37,809 nt of DNA. Source: a virus (taxonomy: Duplodnaviria > Heunggongvirae > Uroviricota > Caudoviricetes). The notes beneath the pieces were generated by a model. It made no database searches and was not told the DNA's origin. It saw only the letters and a program-made list of their open reading frames with translations. Positions within the stretch are counted from its first letter, which is position 1. Every line of letters begins with the position of its first letter. Below are positions 30,718 through 37,581 of the stretch, one piece after another. The stretch is taken from positions 1 to 37,809 of IMG/VR virus record IMGVR_UViG_2602041644_000008; one strand, written 5' to 3'. Both the position numbers and the translations under genes were made by a program.

Positions 30718-31212
30718 TCACTCTCCTTTGATGCGAATGCCAGTGGTACTCATTCTCCTGATTTCCCAGAGCACACGAGGAACACCACCGTTTCCGACCG
30801 GATCGCGCTTACTCCGCATGGCGACGCTTGATTCCGCCCAGCTTTTTCTTGGAGGAAGCTCTTTCACACGAACAAAACCAGCTGCGCGAAGAGATGCTCC
30901 TGATTCATCTGCCTGGGTGTACGTAATACAACGTTGATAACCCATAGCCTTTGCTGCCCGCCAGACAGCACCATAAAGCGCGCTGTTAGCGTTGCGTTCT
31001 CCTGTGGTACATGTGCGATTTACTTCAAGCGTTAATCCATCGTCCAAATGTCGTGCAACAGGTCGACCAGCTGTCGCCACACCTATCAATTCTCCGGCAT
31101 TATTTCTCAGACCAATGCTGAATTTATGCCCCACTGGTGGTTTATTGTGTCGGTGGTGCTGTGCGATAAATTCCTGCGCCGCTTTCAGCGTTATAGGTGA
31201 AATGACCATCAC
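30718..31212 (-). CDS. GNAT-like (acetyltransferase-fold) early protein
   Basis: 164 aa. The pattern AQEFIAQHHRHNKPPVGHKFSIG...LIGVATAGRPVARHLDDG...LEVNRTC...ALYGAVWRAAKAMGY recalls a phage-associated GNAT-related family. Not verified. Confidence 0.45.
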   Translation of the reverse strand: MMVISPITLKAAQEFIAQHHRHNKPPVGHKFSIGLRNNAGELIGVATAGRPVARHLDDGLTLEVNRTCTTGERNANSALYGAVWRAAKAMGYQRCITYTQADESGASLRAAGFVRVKELPPRKSWAESSVAMRSKRDPVGNGGVPRVLWEIRRMSTTGIRIKGE

Positions 31213-31901
31213 TCAGACTCCTCCTTGATGCCAGCGGCGCGGGAATCATTCCATCGCTTTACTTCTTCACGAATTACGTCAATGCATTCTTTCGAATCCA
31301 TTAGGTAATCTTCATCAAAAAGACGTTCCTGTTCGTTTTCTATCGCAACAATGATTGCTTCAACTAATTTTTGTGCCTGAGAATCACTTTCTAACTCTGC
31401 AATGCGCTTCTCTGCGGCTTCCAACTTCTCGCGCATATCGTCAACGTACTCGACCAGAGAACCGCCAGCAGGAATTTCGCACTCCTCGACCAGTTGGAAG
31501 TAGATATCAGCTGCGGCCCGTGTGTTGCTATGCCTAGCGTCGCCCATCTCACCTTCACGAAGAGCATCGCGTTCGGCGGTAAGATTGGCTATTTTGCTGT
31601 CTTTGCCTTCCAGCTCAACGCGCAGCTTCCCTACCGTTAGCGCAATATCCTCGTTCTCCTGATCGCGGGATTTGATGTATTGCTGGTTCCTTTCCCGTTC
31701 ATCCAGTAGTGCCAAAGCAACCTTTGGATTAAAGGCAGCAATAAATTCAGCGTTGTTTTTCAGAACGTGTTGCGCAATGGCCTGACCACTTAGTCGGACC
31801 TTATAACCACGTGCGCCACGGTGTGGTTTATATGAGTCCCAGTCTCCCCACGTTGCTTTTTCTGCCTTTTCACGCAGTGCCTGATAGTTAATGTTGGTCA
31901 T
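31209..31901 (-). CDS. Ead/Ea22-like coiled-coil protein
   Basis: 230 aa. NAEFIAAFNPKVALALLDE and long coiled-coil segments are typical of Ea22-like prophage proteins. Confidence 0.65.
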   Translation of the reverse strand: MTNINYQALREKAEKATWGDWDSYKPHRGARGYKVRLSGQAIAQHVLKNNAEFIAAFNPKVALALLDERERNQQYIKSRDQENEDIALTVGKLRVELEGKDSKIANLTAERDALREGEMGDARHSNTRAAADIYFQLVEECEIPAGGSLVEYVDDMREKLEAAEKRIAELESDSQAQKLVEAIIVAIENEQERLFDEDYLMDSKECIDVIREEVKRWNDSRAAGIKEESE

Positions 31902-31902
31902 A

Positions 31903-32202
31903 TCACATCACCCTGAAGCCGTTGCATTTACGTAAAAAATCGCAGATATAGCCCTTCATTTTTTCGTGCCAATCTCGATCATTCCCATTGCACCAACCAT
32001 CAGGTGGAGTCCAGTTTTCTATCAGAGCAGCCATTTTCTTTGCTTTCGCCGGAGTAGCTGTTGCGGTATCGCAGTAATGACGAGTGTCAACCAACGTATC
32101 CATACCATCGATATCAAGTACGCAAAACCATGTGTGATTCGGAATTCCTACAGGTGGTATTTGTTGCCCACGTCGACGTTTATCAATAAGATATACACTC
32201 AC
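31903..32202 (-). CDS. Hypothetical early protein
   Basis: 99-aa ORF tightly packed in the operon. Confidence 0.55.
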   Translation of the reverse strand: MSVYLIDKRRRGQQIPPVGIPNHTWFCVLDIDGMDTLVDTRHYCDTATATPAKAKKMAALIENWTPPDGWCNGNDRDWHEKMKGYICDFLRKCNGFRVM

Positions 32203-32768
32203 TGGTTACCTCCTTTGCGAAGCTCTGCGGCGATATCTTCGAGAACGCCATCAGAGAATGAGCGGTCAAAATCGCCTTCCGGCGCATTAGCCATAAACTC
32301 AGTAGAGGTAAGAATCATCCGGGCAATATCCGCGGCGTTCTTCGCAGTATCATCAATAAAACCAGCTTCCCAGGCAGCCAGCATTCTGTTCGCCACAAAG
32401 TAAGCGCCCTCCTTGCGTGCTTCAGTCTTCACTTCAGCTAGGAAAGCATCGGTGGCTGGAATGGGCTTTTGTGGTGATATAGCAATGCGAATTGTCTCAA
32501 GGTCTGGAGCTGTTTCCGCTGTTGGCACCTTGATATAACCCGTCTGCACCCCATTCATGATGAACCTGCGACGGTCATCACATATCGCCTTAAGCCCCGC
32601 ATTCTCCGCTGCCAGCGCATTAGCACGCACCAGTTGCACTTCCAGTTGCGTTGCCAAATCGCTGATCAGCTTTGTCACACTGCGCATATCAACGGCACCA
32701 CATTCTGCTTTCAGTTCCGAAGCCATCTCATGCCCGGCGGCAACTAACCCTTTGATATTACTTTCCAT
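32199..32768 (-). CDS. Hypothetical early protein
   Basis: 189-aa ORF, SD GAGGGTAAAG. Confidence 0.6.
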   Translation of the reverse strand: MESNIKGLVAAGHEMASELKAECGAVDMRSVTKLISDLATQLEVQLVRANALAAENAGLKAICDDRRRFIMNGVQTGYIKVPTAETAPDLETIRIAISPQKPIPATDAFLAEVKTEARKEGAYFVANRMLAAWEAGFIDDTAKNAADIARMILTSTEFMANAPEGDFDRSFSDGVLEDIAAELRKGGNQ

Positions 32769-32829
32769 CTTTACCCTCGCTTATCCACATAACTTATTGA
32801 TTACACTGATAACTAAAAAGATCGTCGAT

Positions 32830-33174
32830 TCAGAACTCTTCGATGTTCCAGCCACCACCTGCTTTCTTTGGCTTAACCGTTACCCCGATGATTCGGAACG
32901 GATACTGATCTGCGGCGACTTTGGTTTTCACCCTGGCGTCGTCGGTCCAGAAACCTTTCACTTCGTGCAGTTCCATCTCGCCGGTGGCGAGCATCACAGC
33001 AAAATCGGGCGTATAGAACGTGTTGTCAGCTAACCGCAACTTGATACCCTCGAATCGATACCAGGCGATTTCCCCTGCACGTTTACGCTGCTCAAGGTGC
33101 TGGCAATACGCAGATTCTGTTTTGTTCATCTGGCCTGTTTTGAGTCGACCAAGAGCCTGCATCTGTTTTCTCAT
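32830..33174 (-). CDS. DUF1064-type putative nuclease/resolvase
   Basis: 114 aa. YTPDFAVML...ELHEVKG is the PD-(D/E)XK-like core of DUF1064 proteins. Confidence 0.65.
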   Translation of the reverse strand: MRKQMQALGRLKTGQMNKTESAYCQHLEQRKRAGEIAWYRFEGIKLRLADNTFYTPDFAVMLATGEMELHEVKGFWTDDARVKTKVAADQYPFRIIGVTVKPKKAGGGWNIEEF

Positions 33175-33177
33175 GAT

Positions 33178-33192
33178 TTACCCATGAGGTAA
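33178..33192. promoter_or_regulatory. Operator copy (exact) abutting the DUF1064 start codon
   Basis: TTACCCATGAGGTAA; ends 4 nt from ATG 33174 (minus strand). Confidence 0.7.
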
Positions 33193-33233
33193 TTAAAAAC
33201 CACATAAGACACGAAATCAATAGATCTTAGAAC

Positions 33234-33261
33234 ATTTTATTACCTAGCAGGTAATTATCAA
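33234..33261 (-). promoter_or_regulatory. Near-consensus internal early promoter with an exact operator copy (33240-33254) filling its spacer
   Basis: The minus strand reads TTGATA-N16-TAAAAT, and the 16-nt spacer contains TTACCTGCTAGGTAA. A weak GCGC-GATA-GCGC + T7 hairpin lies just upstream at 33270-33289. Confidence 0.65.
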
Positions 33262-33291
33262 GACGTAAAAAAATGCGCTATCGCGCTGGTA

Positions 33292-34092
33292 TTACTTGAT
33301 AAATCCTGCCGCCTTTCCCCGCCTGTATTCCTCCATCAGCCACTGCGCCGGTGTTATTCCCCCCAGGGTAGCGGCGTTAGGCATACACCCGAAACTTCGC
33401 CCTGGTGGATGGTAAACGCCTCTCCCTGTGTCCGGAGGCGTACTCATGGGTTCTGGCTTTGCCTGTATGCTGATCACCGGATCGGGTATCTGCTGTCCGG
33501 AAGCCACCTTTTTCGCCCAATCATCAAGCAGCCTGCGCGCGTGTTTCTCAACCTCAATCTCGCTAAGCTGGCGCTGATACATTGCACGGCGGGTATCACA
33601 TACGACCCAGTACATAACCGGATGCCGCCACGGGAATCTTTCGGGACCACCAGGATATAAACTTTTTTCCTTGCTGTACCGGTGAAACTCCGCCATCACA
33701 TCGTCAATGGTGACGCCAAGAACCATCTTGCTGTCTTTACACCACTTGATAAATTGCCCTGGCGACGGCCAGAACGGAGATTCACTGGCGCGGGCGTGGC
33801 GCATACCAGCAGAAACCTGTTCACGGGTTCGGATCCCCCCTTCGGCAAACGCAGCAATCCACTGCTGTTTTGCAGCAACTTCCTGCTCTGGCGTCTTCAG
33901 GTTGGTTACCACTGCCGCCGGAAACAGTTGTTTCAACTGTTTGAAAAGGGCATCAACAAGCCTCTCTGCTGACATGTTCACTACGTTGTCATTGTTGGTG
34001 TACTGATGCTCATAACCTGACATGCGAGAAAGGGCTTCTCCGTCACGGTTTTGTATCGCGGTAAAAACGTTGTTCACAAGAAATCCTCCCAT
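33292..34092 (-). CDS. Lambda P-like replication protein (helicase loader)
   Basis: 266 aa. The alternative start GTG 34077 has SD GGAGGA and a GTGA overlap with the O-like stop. The block QQWIAAFAEGGIRTREQVSAGMRHARASESPFWPSPGQFIKWCK parallels lambda P RRQWVLAFRENGITTMEQVNAGMRVARRQNRPFLPSPGQFVAWCR. Confidence 0.85.
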   Translation of the reverse strand: MGGFLVNNVFTAIQNRDGEALSRMSGYEHQYTNNDNVVNMSAERLVDALFKQLKQLFPAAVVTNLKTPEQEVAAKQQWIAAFAEGGIRTREQVSAGMRHARASESPFWPSPGQFIKWCKDSKMVLGVTIDDVMAEFHRYSKEKSLYPGGPERFPWRHPVMYWVVCDTRRAMYQRQLSEIEVEKHARRLLDDWAKKVASGQQIPDPVISIQAKPEPMSTPPDTGRGVYHPPGRSFGCMPNAATLGGITPAQWLMEEYRRGKAAGFIK

Positions 34093-34889
34093 GCTTCAGG
34101 GCTGTTCCAGTGCGGAACGTTGTTATCAGGTAATGTTGATTGCTTCTGTCTGCTAATCTGCAGCCGCCTTGCCAGCTTCTGCTCCCACTGTGCCTGATGG
34201 TATGCCCTACCCTCAGCCATCCAGTAAATTCTGAACTCTGCAAGTTCCTGTGCCGTTGGCAGACTGTCCAGGTAGATCCCCTGCAATGAGCTTTTCCGAA
34301 GAAAGTCATCTGATGGCTGCCATTGTTCATGCATGACAAATTTGCCTAATTGCCCTGGCCCACCAGGAGGAACAAAGTTATTCATCACGGCGTTGTTTGC
34401 GCCGGGGTCATGATGCACAGAATCCCCGTTTTTTGTCCTGCTCTCCCTCTCTTGGTTAAATGACTGGTTATATGACTGGTTCTGGATCCCGTTTTTGGGA
34501 TCATTCAACATCCCGTTTTTGGGATCATTCAACATCCCGTTTTTGGGTATATTCCCGTTTTCGGGAACATTACCGTTTTCGGGTTCATTACCCCCTTCCC
34601 GGTTGCCTTTAATGTTCCCGTTTTTGGTTATATTAAGAGAGAAAACCCGCACTCTTTTCGTCGCTCCCTTTCTCTCTCCGGTATCTGAAATAAGCCCCAT
34701 TTTCATGAGCGATATAAGCCCGGCCTGCACGGTTTTTTTATTCAGGCAAGTGTCTTTAACGAGGCGTTCTATGCTGGGGTAGCAGAGGTTATATTCATCG
34801 GCTCTGTCAGCCATCGAGAGCAGTATGAGCTTTAATGACGAGCTACCTGGATCTGTCTCCCAGGCCCAATCTGTTGCATGTCTGCTCAT
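34074..34889 (-). CDS. Replication initiator (O-like functional analogue; N-terminal winged HTH)
   Basis: 271 aa, SD GGAG. N-terminal wHTH (LKLILLSMADRADEYNLCYPSIERLVKDTCLNKKTVQAGLISL). The central repeat-encoded NGN/PKNG segment coincides with DNA iterons. Lies directly upstream of the P-like gene. Confidence 0.75.
   Translation of the reverse strand: MSRHATDWAWETDPGSSSLKLILLSMADRADEYNLCYPSIERLVKDTCLNKKTVQAGLISLMKMGLISDTGERKGATKRVRVFSLNITKNGNIKGNREGGNEPENGNVPENGNIPKNGMLNDPKNGMLNDPKNGIQNQSYNQSFNQERESRTKNGDSVHHDPGANNAVMNNFVPPGGPGQLGKFVMHEQWQPSDDFLRKSSLQGIYLDSLPTAQELAEFRIYWMAEGRAYHQAQWEQKLARRLQISRQKQSTLPDNNVPHWNSPEAWEDFL
34460..34629. repeat. Origin-like iteron array inside the initiator gene
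   Basis: TCCCGTTTTTGGGA-type units start at 34487, 34511, 34535, 34553, 34571, (34589 degenerate) and 34616, with spacings of 24, 24, 18, 18, 18 and 27 bp. A tandem ATGACTGGTT x2 lies at 34460-34482. Confidence 0.8.
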
Positions 34890-34904
34890 GATTAATCTCC
34901 GCTA

Positions 34905-35105
34905 TCAGCTTGAATGTTGTGGGGAGGAATTAATCATGATCTGCTTAATCTCTGCCCTGATACGACGGTTTGATTCCATGGTGCACTCAACACAGTGTCC
35001 GTTGTAAACCCAGCGTTCACTGTCATGTCCGTGCTTACATGGTTTTCCGGTGTAGTAGCGTTTAAGTCCGCGCTTTGCGGCATCAATACGTGTAATGATT
35101 TCCAT
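34905..35105 (-). CDS. Small Cys/His protein, function unknown
   Basis: The track ORF starts at 35174, but its N-terminal extension is hydrophobic junk across a promoter region. The start MEIITRIDAAKRGLKRYYTGKPCKHGHDSERWVYNGHCVECT... gives 66 aa with a putative zinc-binding motif. Confidence 0.5.
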   Translation of the reverse strand: MEIITRIDAAKRGLKRYYTGKPCKHGHDSERWVYNGHCVECTMESNRRIRAEIKQIMINSSPQHSS

Positions 35106-35185
35106 GGTAAGCCCTGTTATTAGTATTGGGATTACGGTCATTTTGTGCTGACACAAAAAAAAGATCAACCACATTTGGTTATTTA

Positions 35186-35200
35186 TTACCTTTGAGGTAC
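35186..35200. promoter_or_regulatory. Operator-like copy (1 mismatch)
   Basis: TTACCTTTGAGGTAC, immediately downstream (minus-strand sense) of the post-cro terminator. Confidence 0.45.
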
Positions 35201-35206
35201 GAATAG

Positions 35207-35233
35207 ATATGAAAAGACCGCCGGGTGGCGGTC
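35207..35233 (-). terminator. Rho-independent terminator after the cro-like gene
   Basis: The minus strand reads GACCGCC-ACCC-GGCGGTC followed by TTTTCATATC. Confidence 0.7.
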
Positions 35234-35255
35234 TACAGAGGGTTGTAGCTGGATA

Positions 35256-35486
35256 TCATGAGTAGAAGAAGTATGCCAGTTCTGCTTTTGAGTGCAGCCA
35301 TTGTCTTGATTTACAGGCTTTAAAAAGCCCATTCATCAATACCTTACCTGGCATTTTGCGCTTACCTGTTAAGTGAGTCTGGATATAGTGACTCGTCGTT
35401 CCGGCTTCCTGTGCGAAGGCTTCACGCTCATCCGGAGTAAGTGCAAGCCAGTGCTTTTTGAAATCGAAATGTCCGTTATCGCTCAT
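35256..35486 (-). CDS. Cro-like HTH regulator (first gene of the rightward early operon)
   Basis: 76 aa, divergent from the repressor gene across a three-operator region. HTH-like AQEAGTTSHYIQTHLTG. Confidence 0.65.
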   Translation of the reverse strand: MSDNGHFDFKKHWLALTPDEREAFAQEAGTTSHYIQTHLTGKRKMPGKVLMNGLFKACKSRQWLHSKAELAYFFYS

Positions 35487-35522
35487 AGCTATTGCCTGAT
35501 ATTTATTTCAGATAATAAATAT

Positions 35523-35537
35523 TCACCTATAAGGTAA
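35523..35537. promoter_or_regulatory. Operator-like copy (1 mismatch) in the switch region
   Basis: TCACCTATAAGGTAA. Lies in the spacer of a minus-strand TTGATT...GAATAT promoter-like pair. Confidence 0.55.
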
Positions 35538-35553
35538 CAAAAATCAAGGATAG

Positions 35554-35568
35554 TTACCCATGAGGTGC
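35554..35568. promoter_or_regulatory. Operator-like copy (2 mismatches) in the switch region
   Basis: TTACCCATGAGGTGC. Its left 13 nt are identical to the copy at 33178. It is 17 bp centre-to-centre from 35571. Confidence 0.45.
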
Positions 35569-35570
35569 AT

Positions 35571-35585
35571 TTACCTGTTGGGTAA
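35571..35585. promoter_or_regulatory. Operator copy (exact) in the switch region
   Basis: TTACCTGTTGGGTAA. Overlaps a plus-strand TTTACC-N18-TAAATT promoter-like pair facing the repressor gene. Confidence 0.7.
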
Positions 35586-35640
35586 TATTGCTTTAAATTG
35601 AATCATCTTCTGATTCAGATATGAGGCGATTTTCCAGAAA

Positions 35641-36225
35641 ATGAAAAGTATCCAGGACGTCCGCAGGCAAAATCTCAACGACTTGATCGACCGTGAATTC
35701 AATGGTGTTCAGACGCGGATGGCTGAAAAACTTGGAACTCAGGCAAATCTGGTAAACCGCTGGGCTCTTGGCAAGAAGGTTATCGGCGACCAGGTTGCGC
35801 GAAAAATTGAAGCTGCCGCCAATAAACCCCGTAACTGGCTTGATATCGATCGCTCGCTTTCTCAGGAAGGTTTTCAGCCTGTCGGACCAAGCGACATTGG
35901 TCAACTGGCGGCTCACAACCTGGAACGCTGGATGAGCGAAAGCCGCGACCTTTCAACGCAGGGAAAACTTCACCGCGCATCCGGCGTCGCCCAGGTAACA
36001 ATCAGCCGCCTGTTAAACAATGAGGTCAGCGTTTCCATTTCCACCCTGGAGAATGTTGCATCCGCATTTGGGCGTCACGGATATGAATTACTGATTCACC
36101 CGCACGACCCCGCGACTATCAACTATGACCGCTCGCGCTACGCATTGTTACCTGAAACAGAGAAGGCAAAGATCGAAAGTTACATTGAATTTGTCATCAA
36201 CCAGAACGAAAAAAACAAACAATAA
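35641..36225 (+). CDS. Prophage repressor candidate with two HTH domains and no S24 peptidase domain
   Basis: 194 aa. The N-terminal HTH ends in ARKIEAAANKPRNWLD (CI/C2-like). The second is XRE-type (LHRASGVAQVTISRLLNNEVSVSISTLENVASAFG). No Ser/Lys autocleavage module is recognisable. Divergent from cro; a strong terminator follows. Confidence 0.7.
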   Translation: MKSIQDVRRQNLNDLIDREFNGVQTRMAEKLGTQANLVNRWALGKKVIGDQVARKIEAAANKPRNWLDIDRSLSQEGFQPVGPSDIGQLAAHNLERWMSESRDLSTQGKLHRASGVAQVTISRLLNNEVSVSISTLENVASAFGRHGYELLIHPHDPATINYDRSRYALLPETEKAKIESYIEFVINQNEKNKQ

Positions 36226-36246
36226 AATCATATTTTTCAGTAAGTA

Positions 36247-36270
36247 AGCCGCCTTCTGGCGGCTTTTTTA
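36247..36270 (+). terminator. Terminator after the repressor gene
   Basis: AGCCGCC-TTCT-GGCGGCT followed by TTTTTTA. Confidence 0.85.
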
Positions 36271-36282
36271 TTGCCTATTTGA

Positions 36283-36297
36283 TTACCTAACGGGTAA
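36283..36297. promoter_or_regulatory. Operator copy (exact), upstream of the early-left promoter
   Basis: TTACCTAACGGGTAA, 20 nt upstream of TTGACA. Confidence 0.7.
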
Positions 36298-36316
36298 TTT
36301 TTTTAACTCATATCTA

Positions 36317-36345
36317 TTGACATCAAACCAGATACGCATAATTAT
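36317..36345 (+). promoter_or_regulatory. Early-left (PL-like) promoter
   Basis: TTGACA-N17-AATTAT, bracketed by operator copies at 36283 and 36345. Confidence 0.55.
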
Positions 36346-36359
36346 TACCTCAACGGTAA
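36345..36359. promoter_or_regulatory. Operator copy (exact) at the -10/+1 of the early-left promoter
   Basis: TTACCTCAACGGTAA. Confidence 0.7.
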
Positions 36360-36378
36360 CAGACCGAGGTAACAAGTT

Positions 36379-36531
36379 ATGCAGTGGAAAATCATCAACG
36401 GTTGGTACTGCGTTACTGCATGCGGATTCATGAGCTGGAAGTTCCGCACCTTACAGGAAGGCATTAAGTGGGCTTTCGTCAGCAAAGAAGCTCGCGATGT
36501 GGCCAACGATAACGAGATATGGGAGGGCTGA
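36379..36531 (+). CDS. Unlisted 50-aa ORF, first gene of the early-left operon
   Basis: SD GAGGT 8 nt upstream of the ATG. Sequence MQWKIINGWYCVTACGFMSWKFRTLQEGIKWAFVSKEARDVANDNEIWEG. The stop lies 2 nt before the next start. Below the track size cutoff. Confidence 0.5.
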   Translation: MQWKIINGWYCVTACGFMSWKFRTLQEGIKWAFVSKEARDVANDNEIWEG

Positions 36532-36533
36532 TA

Positions 36534-36833
36534 ATGAACGTTAATCAGCAGAAAAATCTTCAAAAAATCATGCTGGCATTCGACAAGGACTACCGCCTGT
36601 CAGAACAGCTATATGACCGACAAGTTGAACTGATTGAGAGTATCCGGCTTCATCAACTGGCATCAACTTTCGACGTTGTAACAGTTAAAGGCGTTCGCCA
36701 GGAAGTACTGGAGGCCGCTAAAGACAGTCCAGAGTTCGAAGAACTGATGGATTCCTACCGGCGCGAGGCAATGGCAATTATCGCCCGCTGGGATCTGGCT
36801 GATCAGCTTGATGGGCAGAGGGACGCGGCATGA
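36534..36833 (+). CDS. Hypothetical early-left protein
   Basis: The track start is 36519. ATG 36534 follows SD GGGAGGG by 7 nt, giving 99 aa. Confidence 0.6.
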   Translation: MNVNQQKNLQKIMLAFDKDYRLSEQLYDRQVELIESIRLHQLASTFDVVTVKGVRQEVLEAAKDSPEFEELMDSYRREAMAIIARWDLADQLDGQRDAA

Positions 36834-37036
36834 AACCAACACTCCTCTCATTGCTGCGAGGTGGAAAACACAGCATCCGAGATATGGCAAAGATTCTTGG
36901 TATCTCAAGATCGAAGGTTTCTTGGTTCATCGCTGAGCTTGAACGTCGCAAATGGGTAGAGGTAACCAGGAGCGCAATATATTTCCACGATGGAACCAGA
37001 TCCAACAAGCAGAACGAATACAAGGTTAAGTTATGA
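36830..37036 (+). CDS. Small winged-helix DNA-binding protein
   Basis: 68 aa. SIRDMAKILGISRSKVSWFIAELERRKWVEV looks like an HTH/wHTH. ATGA overlaps on both sides. Confidence 0.55.
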   Translation: MKPTLLSLLRGGKHSIRDMAKILGISRSKVSWFIAELERRKWVEVTRSAIYFHDGTRSNKQNEYKVKL

Positions 37037-37578
37037 ATACTGGCATCTATTTCGACATCAGCAATGAGGACTACCACGCCGGTGACGGCGTGAGTAAGTC
37101 GCAACTAGACATGGTTGCCAAGAATCCGGCGCTTCTTAAATGGGTTCAGGCAGCACCAGAAGACGAAGAGAAAAAGTCTGCACTGGATATGGGAACCGCA
37201 TTGCACTGTCTGCTTCTGGAGCCTGGAGAGTTCGACAAACGCTTCATTGTTTCACCGAAATTCGATCGTCGGACGAAACAAGGTAAAGCTGACGAAGAGG
37301 CATTTCTTCGTGATGTGGCGGATATGGGGATTACGGTACTTGATGCCGAGCAGTGGCGGAAACTGGAGCTGATGCGTGATAGCGCAATGGCTCACCCGGC
37401 GGCACGCTGGATGCTGGAAGCACCTGGTTACTGCGAAGCATCAATGTACTGGAACGATGAAGATACTGGTGAGTTGTGCCGCATTCGTCCAGACAAATGG
37501 CTGAACGAGCACAACGTGATCGTCGACGTGAAAAAGGTTGCAGATATGGACCGTTTTGCATGTCAACGCCACGATGTT

Positions 37579-37581
<3 letters not shown>
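37033..37581 (+). pseudogene. RecE-like PD-(D/E)XK exonuclease gene, 3'-truncated by IS insertion
   Basis: The N-terminal FDISNEDYHAGDGVSKSQL and the nuclease core IRPDKW...VIVDVKK match the DUF3799/exodeoxyribonuclease VIII-like family as I recall it. The reading frame ends in a TGA (37579-81) that belongs to the terminal TG... of the IS element. Confidence 0.65.

Noticed and set aside
34460-34629. Possibility that the regularly spaced repeats are a CRISPR array
   Set aside because: The units are 14 bp with 4-13-bp gaps. They lie inside an intact ORF and match the pattern of origin iterons. There are no spacers of CRISPR length and no cas genes.
35593-35916. 107-aa minus-strand ORF (and 35780-36001) antisense to the repressor gene
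   Set aside because: It overlaps the clearly HTH-containing plus-strand repressor ORF and would start inside the operator region. It has no SD or recognisable features.
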